Below, piece by piece: positions 57,101 through 64,000 of a DNA stretch of 64,000 nucleotides; positions within the stretch are counted from its first letter, which is position 1; the number at the start of each line of letters is the position of its first letter. Under the pieces are notes generated by a model, which searched no databases, was not told where the DNA came from, and worked only from the letters and a program-made list of their open reading frames with translations. Source of the stretch: Bacteroidota bacterium (GTDB lineage Bacteria > Bacteroidota > Bacteroidia > Bacteroidales > NBLH01). Position numbers and translations under genes: made by a program. The stretch lies in contig JBDLJL010000004.1 in NCBI GenBank assembly GCA_039714415.1, positions 5,469 to 69,468 of the forward strand. Direction: 5' to 3'.

Positions 57101-58400
57101 ATACAGGATGCCCTTTCAATACATTTTCAAGAATATCCCAAACTACGGGGTCTTTTCGATCTACAATTTTTTTGGCAGACTTAACTGTTTTTACAATTCC
57201 TCTTTCTATTAATTTTCTAATGATAAAAGGTTTGTAAAGCTCGGCAGCCATATTTTTTGGAATACCGCATTCATGTAAATTCAATTCTGGTCCAACAACA
57301 ATAACTGAACGTGCAGAATAATCTACCCTTTTACCTAAAAGATTCTGTCTAAACCTTCCTTGTTTACCTTTTAAACTATCACTTAATGATTTCAGCGGCC
57401 TGTTTGCATCTGTTTTAACTGCACTTGATTTTCTTGAGTTATCAAACAAAGAATCTACAGACTCCTGAAGCATCCTTTTTTCATTTCTCAATATAATTTC
57501 AGGTGCTTTTATTTCAATAAGCCTTTTCAATCTATTATTACGGATTATTACCCTACGATATAAATCATTAAGGTCTGAAGTAGCAAACCTTCCACCATCA
57601 AGTGGCACTAAAGGACGTAATTCAGGTGGAATAACTGGTACAACCTTCACAATCATCCACTCAGGTTTATTAGTACTTCTTGAATTACGGAATGCATTAA
57701 CAACCTGTAATCTTTTTAATGCCTCATTTTTTCTTTGCTGCGAAGTTTCTTTACTTGCTTTATCTCTTAATTCATATACAAGATTGTCTAAATCAATTCT
57801 TGAAAGAAGAGAATAAAGAGCCTCAGCACCCATTTTTGCAATAAATTTATTTGGGTCACTATCATCAAGCATCTGATTTTCTTTTGGTAATGTATCCAAA
57901 ATATCCAGATATTCTTCTTCTGTTAAGAAATCAAGATATTTAACACCATCCGCAGTTTTTTCACCCGGCTGTATAACTACATACCTTTCATAATAGATAA
58001 TGGAATCAAGTTTTTTAGTAGGTAAGCCTAATAAATAACCAATTTTATTAGGGAGTGACCTGAAATACCAGATATGGGCAACAGGAACAACTAATGAAAT
58101 GTGCCCCATTCTTTCCCTACGAACTTTCTTTTCAGTAACTTCAACACCACATCGGTCACAAACAATTCCTTTATACCTTATTCTTTTATATTTGCCACAA
58201 TGACATTCATAATCTTTAACAGGGCCAAAAATACGTTCGCAAAATAATCCGTCTCTTTCCGGCTTGTATGTTCTATAATTAATTGTTTCTGGTTTTAAAA
58301 CCTCACCACTTGAATGTTCAAGTATTTCTTCAGGTGAAGCTAAACCTATTGTTATTTTTGTGAAATCGCTTTTTACTTTAATATCTCTTCTAAAAGCCAT
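54126..58400 (-). CDS. rpoC: DNA-directed RNA polymerase subunit beta'
   Basis: Catalytic NADFDGDQM, an N-terminal zinc-binding Cys cluster ([20 protein letters not shown]). 1424 aa. Confidence 0.98.
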   Translation of the reverse strand: MAFRRDIKVKSDFTKITIGLASPEEILEHSSGEVLKPETINYRTYKPERDGLFCERIFGPVKDYECHCGKYKRIRYKGIVCDRCGVEVTEKKVRRERMGHISLVVPVAHIWYFRSLPNKIGYLLGLPTKKLDSIIYYERYVVIQPGEKTADGVKYLDFLTEEEYLDILDTLPKENQMLDDSDPNKFIAKMGAEALYSLLSRIDLDNLVYELRDKASKETSQQRKNEALKRLQVVNAFRNSRSTNKPEWMIVKVVPVIPPELRPLVPLDGGRFATSDLNDLYRRVIIRNNRLKRLIEIKAPEIILRNEKRMLQESVDSLFDNSRKSSAVKTDANRPLKSLSDSLKGKQGRFRQNLLGKRVDYSARSVIVVGPELNLHECGIPKNMAAELYKPFIIRKLIERGIVKTVKSAKKIVDRKDPVVWDILENVLKGHPVLLNRAPTLHRLGIQSFQPKLIEGKAIQLHPLVCTAFNADFDGDQMAVHLPLGNAAILEAQVLMLASHNILNPANGAPISVPSQDMVLGLYYITKSRKSSEERPVKGEGLVFYSAEEAVIAYNEGAVELHANIKIKANVLEDEKIVNKLIDTSLGRVLFNKHVPEGIGFINELLTKKALRDIIGNILKIKGTAVTAQFLDDIKNLGYHMAFKGGLSFNLDDVIIPEAKVTLVKEGYEQVDEVLNNYNMGFITNNERYNQIIDVWTHTNARLTQTLMNQLSTDNQGFNSVYMMLDSGARGSKEQIRQLSGMRGLMAKPQKSGASGAEIIENPILSNFKEGLSVLEYFISTHGARKGLADTALKTADAGYLTRRLVDVAQDVIITQEDCGTLRGLVATTLKKNEEVVESLFDRILGRTSVHDIYHPLSGDLIIAAGEQLTEDISRVIENSPIERVEIRSVLTCESKKGVCAKCYGRNLATGRMVQNGEAVGVIAAQSIGEPGTQLTLRTFHVGGTAGNIATESSVISKYNGIAEFEELRTVDHDTDDGKKVKIVIGRMAELKIIDPNTRITLSTHSIPYGSKLYIKDGAKVKKDEKICDWDPYNAVIASENSGKIEFKHLIEGITFKQESDEHTGLLEIVIIETKDKTKNPEINIVSDEGEILRTYNLPTGAHIIAKEGDIVNQGDVFAKIPRNLGKAGDITGGLPRVTELFEARNPSNPAVVSEIDGVVAFGKIKRGNREIIVTSKSGNEKKYLVSLSKQILVQANDYVKAGIPLSDGATTPADILAIKGPTKVQEYIVNEVQEVYRLQGVKINDKHFEVIVRQMMKKVIIADSGDTNFLEKQVVDKRLFMEENDGIFGKKVVVDAGDSTALHPGQVVSARKLRDENSLLKRKDLALVETRDAIPATSSQVLQGITKASLQTKSFISAASFQETTKVLNEAAINGKVDYLEGLKENVIVGHLIPAGTGKRQYKNVIVGSMEEYESLVKDKKEE

Positions 58401-58561
58401 AATTAAGTCTTTGTTAAATTAATTAAGAAGAAACCCTCTCCGATAATTCGGAGCAGGCGATGGATAGATTTAATACTTCAACCAGTTCAGTATAATTATT
58501 TTCTCCATAAACGCAATATAATGAATTAAATAATAATGCTTAAAGCATTGTGTTTTTAGAT

Positions 58562-58595
58562 AAAAATTCGGTAAGGAGTATATTTACTTACCGAA
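58562..58595 (-). terminator. Hairpin plus T-run between rpoB and rpoC
   Basis: The stem TTCGGTAAG (58567-58575) / CTTACCGAA (58587-58595) is followed on the minus strand by UUUUU (plus A5 at 58562-58566). It lies 17 nt after the rpoB stop. Confidence 0.5.
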
Positions 58596-58611
58596 CTTTA
58601 TCCTTAACAGA

Positions 58612-61600
58612 TTATTCTAATTTGATGTTCAGGCCAAGACCTCTCAGTTCATGAAGCAATACATTAAGAGACTCCGGAATACCCGGGGTTGGCAACGGAT
58701 CACCTTTTACAATAGCCTCATAAGTTTTTGCCCTACCAATAACATCATCCGATTTAACAGTAAGTATTTCCTGTAAGATATTTGCTGCTCCGAAAGCTTC
58801 AAGTGCCCAAACCTCCATTTCACCAAATCGCTGGCCACCAAACTGTGCCTTACCACCAAGTGGCTGTTGGGTAATTAATGAATAAGGACCAATTGAACGG
58901 GCATGCATCTTATCATCTACCATATGACCTAATTTCAGCATGTAGATTATTCCCACAGTTGCTGGTTGGTCAAATCTTTCACCAGTACCGCCATCATATA
59001 AGTAGGTTTTTCCATATCTTGGAACACCAGCTTTATCAGTATAACCGTTAATTTCATCAAGGCTTGCCCCATCAAAAATAGGTGAAGCGAATGTAAGACC
59101 TAATTCTTTTCCTGCCCATCCAAGTACTGTTTCATATATTTGTCCAAGGTTCATACGAGAAGGTACCCCCAATGGGTTCAAAACAATATCAACCGGTGTA
59201 CCATCTTCAAGAAATGGCATATCTTCCTGGCGTACAATTCTGGCAACAATACCTTTGTTACCATGTCTACCAGCCATTTTATCACCAACCTTTATTTTTC
59301 GCTTTTGTGCAATATATACTTTTGCAAGCTGAATAATACCTATTGGTAATTCATCACCTATGGAAATATTGTATTTTTTTCTTCTGTATTTCCCTTCAAT
59401 CTCCTTATGTTTAACAACGTAATTATGGAGAAGGCCTTTAATGGTTTCATTTTTCTTCTTGTCAGTAGACCACTTACTTGCAGTAATATGCATATAATCA
59501 ATATCCTGCAGCAATTTTAAACTGAATTTAGTCCCTTTTGGAATCATTTCAGTTCCATAGTAATCTTTTACCCCTTGCGAGGTCTTACCATTAACAAGAA
59601 TAAATAACTTATCAATTAATCTTGAACGTAGTTCTTCAATTGCTCTTTCTTGTTCTTTGTCCAGTTTATCAATAAGTGGTTTATCAGCATTTTTCGATTT
59701 TCGGTCTTTAATAGCCCTTGAAAAAAGCTTTTTATTTATGACTGTTCCGTGTAATGATGGAGAAGCTTTTAAAGAAGCATCTTTAACATCACCAGCTTTA
59801 TCACCAAAAATGGCACGTAAAAGTTTTTCTTCCGGTGATGGGTCTGATTCTCCTTTAGGCGTAATTTTACCAATTAAAATATCACCAGGTTTTACATCAG
59901 CTCCAATCCTGATCATTCCATTTTCATCAAGATTTTTGGTCGCTTCTTCACTAACATTTGGTATATCCGATGTTAGTTCTTCCAAACCTCTTTTTGTATC
60001 TCTTACTTCAAGTTGATATTCATCAATATGTATTGATGTGAAAACGTCTTCCTTTACAACATTTTCTGAAATAACAATTGCATCCTCAAAATTATATCCC
60101 TTCCAGGGCATAAATGCAACTTTCAGGTTACGTCCAATAGCCAGTTCGCCATTATCTGTGCCATACCCTTCAGTCAATATCTGACCTTTTGATATTTTTT
60201 CTCCTTTAGATACAATTGGACGAAGGTTAACATTTGAGTTTTGGTTTGTTTTTCTGAATTTTGGTAATTCATACCTTTTAGTATCCTCTTCAAAACTAAC
60301 AAATTGTTCTTCTTCGTTTCTTGAATATCTGATTATTATTTCGTTGGCATCTACATATTCAACAATTCCTTCACCTTCTGCAACAATTGGTACGCGTGAG
60401 TCCTGTACTATTGTTTTTTCCAAACCTGTACCAACTATCGGCGCTTCAGGATTAAGAAGAGGAACTGCCTGTCGCATCATATTTGAACCCATCAGTGCAC
60501 GGTTTGCATCATCGTGCTCAAGAAAAGGAATTAGTGATGCGGCAATTGAGGCAATTTGGTTCGGGGCAACATCCATTAAATCAACTTTCTCATTTTCAAT
60601 TAACGGATAATCCGCCTCGAATCTTGACTTGACTTTCTCATTAACAAAGACCCCATCTTCCTTAATCTTCGCATTAGCCTGGGCAATCATTTTTGCTTCC
60701 TCTTCTTCTGCGCTTAAGTATATTACACCTTCATCAGAAAGGTCGACTTTTCCTGCTTCAACTTTTCGATAAGGTGTTTCGATAAATCCTAAAGAGTTTA
60801 TTTTTGCATATACGCAAAGTGAAGAAATTAGTCCAATGTTAGGACCTTCAGGTGTTTCGATAGGACATAATCTTCCATAATGGGTATAATGAACATCCCT
60901 TACCTCAAAACCAGCTCTTTCTCTTGATAATCCACCTGGACCCAAAGCTGACATTCTGCGTTTATGGGTCATTTCAGCCAAAGGATTGGTCTGATCCATA
61001 AATTGTGACAGCTGATTAGTTCCAAAGAAAGAGTTTATAACAGAAGATAGTGTTTTGGAATTGATCAGATCAATTGGAGTAAATACTTCATTATCACGAA
61101 CATTCATTCTTTCACGAATGGTTCTGGCCATTCTGGCCAAACCAACTCCAAATTGATTAAACAATTGCTCACCAACTGTCCTTACCCTTCTATTGCTTAA
61201 GTGGTCAATATCATCAACATCTGTTTTAGCGTTAATCAGCTTAATCAGATATTTAATTATTTCAGTAATATCTTCTTTGGTTAATACTTTAGTATCAATT
61301 GAAGTATTTAAACCAAGTTTTTTGTTAATTCTGTAACGGCCAACTTCACCCAAGTCGTAACGTTTATCAGAGAAAAATAGTTTATCTATTACATCTCTTG
61401 CTGTAGCTTCGTCAGGTGGCTCTGAATTTCTAAGTTGCCTGTATATATGTAATACAGCTTCTTTTTCTGAGTTACAAGGGTCTCTTTGAAGTGTATTATA
61501 TATGATTGAGTAATCCGTTTGGTTTACCTTTTCTTTGTGTATTAAAATTGTCTGCGAACCGGAGTCAATTATTTCATTGATATGAACCTCTTCAATTACT

Positions 61601-62415
61601 GTTTCACGGTCAATGATAATTTCGTTACGTTCTATTGATACAACTTCCCCAGTATCTTCATCAACAAAATCTTCAACCCAGCTTTTTAGAACCCTGGCAG
61701 CAAGTTTTCTACCAAGTATTTCTTTTAAAGCAGTTTTCGAAACTTTTATTTCATCAGCCAAATCGAAGATAGCCAGTACTTCTTTATCACTTTCATAACC
61801 AATAGCTCTTAAAAGTGTAGTAACCGGTAATTTTTTCTTACGATCGATATATGCATACATAACATTATTAATGTCTGTAGCAAATTCAATCCATGACCCT
61901 TTGAATGGGATGATTCTGGCTGAGTATAATTTCGTGCCATTAGCATGCAAACTTTGTCCGAAAAAAACACCGGGTGAACGGTGAAGTTGCGAAACCACAA
62001 CTCTTTCAGCACCATTAATAACAAAAGTTCCACGGGGTGTCATATAAGGGATAGTTCCCAGATATACATCCTGAACTATTGTTTCAAAATCTTCATGTTC
62101 CGGATCTGTGCAGTATAATTTAAGTTTGGCTTTTAAAGGGACACTAAATGTCAAGCCCCTTTCCAGACATTCCTCAATTTTGTAACGTGGCGGATCTATA
62201 TAATAATCAATAAACTCCAGCACGAAATTATTTCGAGTGTCTGTAATAGGAAAATTTTCACTGAACACCCTGAAAAGGCCTTCTTGATTTCTTTTTTCCG
62301 GTGATGTGTCAAGTTGAAAAAAATCCTGGAATGATTTCAACTGAATTTCTAAAAAATCAGGATATTCTAACTGATTTTGTGTTTTAGCGAAACTAATTCT
62401 TGTATAATTGGACAT
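58612..62415 (-). CDS. rpoB: DNA-directed RNA polymerase subunit beta
   Basis: [26 protein letters not shown]. 1267 aa. Confidence 0.98.
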   Translation of the reverse strand: MSNYTRISFAKTQNQLEYPDFLEIQLKSFQDFFQLDTSPEKRNQEGLFRVFSENFPITDTRNNFVLEFIDYYIDPPRYKIEECLERGLTFSVPLKAKLKLYCTDPEHEDFETIVQDVYLGTIPYMTPRGTFVINGAERVVVSQLHRSPGVFFGQSLHANGTKLYSARIIPFKGSWIEFATDINNVMYAYIDRKKKLPVTTLLRAIGYESDKEVLAIFDLADEIKVSKTALKEILGRKLAARVLKSWVEDFVDEDTGEVVSIERNEIIIDRETVIEEVHINEIIDSGSQTILIHKEKVNQTDYSIIYNTLQRDPCNSEKEAVLHIYRQLRNSEPPDEATARDVIDKLFFSDKRYDLGEVGRYRINKKLGLNTSIDTKVLTKEDITEIIKYLIKLINAKTDVDDIDHLSNRRVRTVGEQLFNQFGVGLARMARTIRERMNVRDNEVFTPIDLINSKTLSSVINSFFGTNQLSQFMDQTNPLAEMTHKRRMSALGPGGLSRERAGFEVRDVHYTHYGRLCPIETPEGPNIGLISSLCVYAKINSLGFIETPYRKVEAGKVDLSDEGVIYLSAEEEEAKMIAQANAKIKEDGVFVNEKVKSRFEADYPLIENEKVDLMDVAPNQIASIAASLIPFLEHDDANRALMGSNMMRQAVPLLNPEAPIVGTGLEKTIVQDSRVPIVAEGEGIVEYVDANEIIIRYSRNEEEQFVSFEEDTKRYELPKFRKTNQNSNVNLRPIVSKGEKISKGQILTEGYGTDNGELAIGRNLKVAFMPWKGYNFEDAIVISENVVKEDVFTSIHIDEYQLEVRDTKRGLEELTSDIPNVSEEATKNLDENGMIRIGADVKPGDILIGKITPKGESDPSPEEKLLRAIFGDKAGDVKDASLKASPSLHGTVINKKLFSRAIKDRKSKNADKPLIDKLDKEQERAIEELRSRLIDKLFILVNGKTSQGVKDYYGTEMIPKGTKFSLKLLQDIDYMHITASKWSTDKKKNETIKGLLHNYVVKHKEIEGKYRRKKYNISIGDELPIGIIQLAKVYIAQKRKIKVGDKMAGRHGNKGIVARIVRQEDMPFLEDGTPVDIVLNPLGVPSRMNLGQIYETVLGWAGKELGLTFASPIFDGASLDEINGYTDKAGVPRYGKTYLYDGGTGERFDQPATVGIIYMLKLGHMVDDKMHARSIGPYSLITQQPLGGKAQFGGQRFGEMEVWALEAFGAANILQEILTVKSDDVIGRAKTYEAIVKGDPLPTPGIPESLNVLLHELRGLGLNIKLE

Positions 62416-62452
62416 CTATTTGAATGAATTAATTGAACTTTGAAATAATGAC

Positions 62453-62490
62453 AAAAAGGCTTAGCATACCTAGGATAAGGATGCTAAACC
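62453..62490 (-). terminator. rplL-rpoB attenuator-type hairpin plus T-run
   Basis: Minus strand reads GGUUUAGCAU...AUGCUAAGCC (10 bp including one G-U) followed by UUUUU. Confidence 0.55.
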
Positions 62491-62515
62491 TGAAAACTTT
62501 CCTAAAGCGGAATTA

Positions 62516-62893
62516 TTATTTAAGTTCAACTTCTGCTCCAGCTTCTTCTAACTGAGTTTTTAGTGATTCAGCTTCCTCTTTAGATACACCTTCTTTTAGT
62601 GCATTAGGAGCAGCGTCGACTAAAGCTTTTGCATCTTTTAATGATACACCTGCTAATTCTTTTACTAATTTAACAATTTGTAATTTTGCTTGCCCTGCTG
62701 ACTTAAGAATTACATCAAATTCTGATTTCTCTTCAGCACCAGCACCTGCATCGCCACCAGCTGGTCCTGCAACAGCAACAGCTGCAGCAGCAGGTTCGAT
62801 ACCATATTCGTCTTTAAGAATTGTCGCTAATTCATTAACTTCTTTTACAGTCAAATTAACCAATTGTTCTGCAAATGATTTTAAATCTGCCAT
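62516..62893 (-). CDS. rplL: 50S ribosomal protein L7/L12
   Basis: Ala/Gly-rich hinge, and a C-terminal domain ending in [10 protein letters not shown]. Confidence 0.97.
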   Translation of the reverse strand: MADLKSFAEQLVNLTVKEVNELATILKDEYGIEPAAAAVAVAGPAGGDAGAGAEEKSEFDVILKSAGQAKLQIVKLVKELAGVSLKDAKALVDAAPNALKEGVSKEEAESLKTQLEEAGAEVELK

Positions 62894-62922
62894 TTTTCTT
62901 TCTCTTTAAATTAATTTTTATA

Positions 62923-63444
62923 CTATGATTCTTTTTTTGAAAGAGTTTCTAAAACTCCTGTAAGGGTTTGTCCCCCTGATTGTAATGAGGAAACAACATT
63001 TTTAATTGGTGATTGCAGCAATGAAATAATATCGCCAATAAGCTCTTCTTTTGACTTGATATTTGCCAAAGTTTCTAACTCATTATCACCAATGTATATT
63101 GATTCTTCAACATAAGCAGCCTTTAACAAAGGCTTTTCTTTCTTTTTCCTAAATTCTTTAATCAATTTAGCCGGAACATTCCCAACTTCACTGAACATAA
63201 TTGAAGTATTATCTACAAGTATATCATAAATTTCTTCAACATTCTTTTCTGATTTTTCTAAAGCTCTTCTTAACAAAGTGTTTTTTACAACCTGCAATTT
63301 TATATCTTTTTTAAAGCAGGCTCTTCTTAATTCACTAGAGTCAATTGCATTCAAATCAGAAATATCAGCCAGATAAAAATGAGGAGTGTCGTTTATTTGT
63401 TCAGCTAAACTATCGATTAATTTACTTTTATCTTCCCGTCTCAT
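62923..63444 (-). CDS. rplJ: 50S ribosomal protein L10
   Basis: 173 aa, located between rplA and rplL. The sequence pattern is L10-like. Confidence 0.93.
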   Translation of the reverse strand: MRREDKSKLIDSLAEQINDTPHFYLADISDLNAIDSSELRRACFKKDIKLQVVKNTLLRRALEKSEKNVEEIYDILVDNTSIMFSEVGNVPAKLIKEFRKKKEKPLLKAAYVEESIYIGDNELETLANIKSKEELIGDIISLLQSPIKNVVSSLQSGGQTLTGVLETLSKKES

Positions 63445-63461
63445 AATAATCTAACTTTTAA

Positions 63462-64000
63462 TTAATCATCTATTGATTTAACATCAACCTGAATACCAGG
63501 ACTCATTGTACTGGAAAGATAAACACTTTTCATATATGTACCTTTCGCTGAAGTTGGCTTCAATTTATTGATTGTGTTTAAAAACTCACGTGCATTTTCC
63601 TGAATCTTGTCAGCTGTAAACGATACTTTACCAATAGAAGTATGAATAATTCCGTATTTATCAACTTTAAAGTCGATTTTACCTTGTTTTACTTCTTTTA
63701 CTGCATTGCCAATGTCCATAGTTACCGTCCCACTTTTTGGGTTCGGCATTAATCCCCTTGGACCTAAAACCCGACCTAACTGGCCAACTTTTGCCATAAC
63801 AGAAGGCATCGTAATTACAACGTCAATATCAGTCCAACCACCTTTGATTTTTTGAACATATTCATCAAGACCAACATGATCAGCACCAGCTTCTTTAGCT
63901 TCTTCTTCTTTATCGGGAGTACAAAGTACCAAAACTTTTTTATCCTTACCGGTACCATGTGGTAGTGAAACGACCCCTCTAACCATTTGGTTAGCTTTTC
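63462..64000 (-). CDS. rplA: 50S ribosomal protein L1, 5' end beyond window edge
   Basis: [19 protein letters not shown]. The frame stays open upstream of the tracked start (..KANQMVRG..) to the window end. Confidence 0.93.
   Translation of the reverse strand, partial: KANQMVRGVVSLPHGTGKDKKVLVLCTPDKEEEAKEAGADHVGLDEYVQKIKGGWTDIDVVITMPSVMAKVGQLGRVLGPRGLMPNPKSGTVTMDIGNAVKEVKQGKIDFKVDKYGIIHTSIGKVSFTADKIQENAREFLNTINKLKPTSAKGTYMKSVYLSSTMSPGIQVDVKSIDD

Noticed and set aside
59657-60016. A 119-aa ORF and several other + strand ORFs (59140-59349, 60344-60610, 61613-61798) inside rpoB, and a minus-strand out-of-frame ORF at 54248-54454 inside rpoC
   Set aside because: They are antisense or out-of-frame shadows within rpoB and rpoC.

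Overview
Visibly AT-rich window that reads as core chromosomal DNA of a Bacteroidota-type bacterium. This placement is an inference from the gene order rplA-rplJ-rplL-rpoB-rpoC-DUF3467, TAnnTTTG-type -7 boxes and BlaI/BlaR1 and OmpA/TolB-like envelope modules. Contents left to right: (1) a + strand chemosensory cluster: cheA (5' truncated), cheW, mcp, cheR, a sensor-less HK-like gene, cheD, cheB, a DUF4407-like membrane protein, a CheY-like receiver and a TM-GAF-PAS protein. (2) parE-parC, nadE and a YciO-family gene. (3) A minus-strand block of a YARHG-type secreted protein, an alpha/beta hydrolase and an FkbM methyltransferase. (4) A complete minus-strand branched-chain amino acid operon, leader peptide/attenuator-ilvD-ilvB-ilvN-ilvC-ilvA-ltaE, whose cistrons are separated by unusually long, repeat-filled spacers. 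(5) A TVP38 protein, then a duplicated [MsbA-like ABC exporter + glycosyltransferase] module, then purB. (6) A MazG-like gene, a tail-anchored coiled-coil protein and a 1387-aa RecQ-core helicase with large unassigned N- and C-terminal regions. (7) Envelope genes: DUF2752, a small membrane protein, an OmpA-family protein, a TlpA-like thioredoxin and BlaR1/BlaI-like genes. (8) DUF3467-rpoC-rpoB-rplL-rplJ-rplA (3' part) on the minus strand. I saw no rRNA, tRNA, CRISPR array, transposase, integrase or phage genes. The items most worth follow-up are the che operon with three non-canonical passengers (an H-box-less kinase, DUF4407, an output-less GAF-PAS sensor), the RecQ helicase with a PD-(D/E)xK-like N-terminal motif, the Ile/Val/Leu-rich ilv leader peptide with terminator/antiterminator, and several families of short-period intergenic repeats and structured elements. 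All domain calls come from motif recognition by eye; no database search was run.
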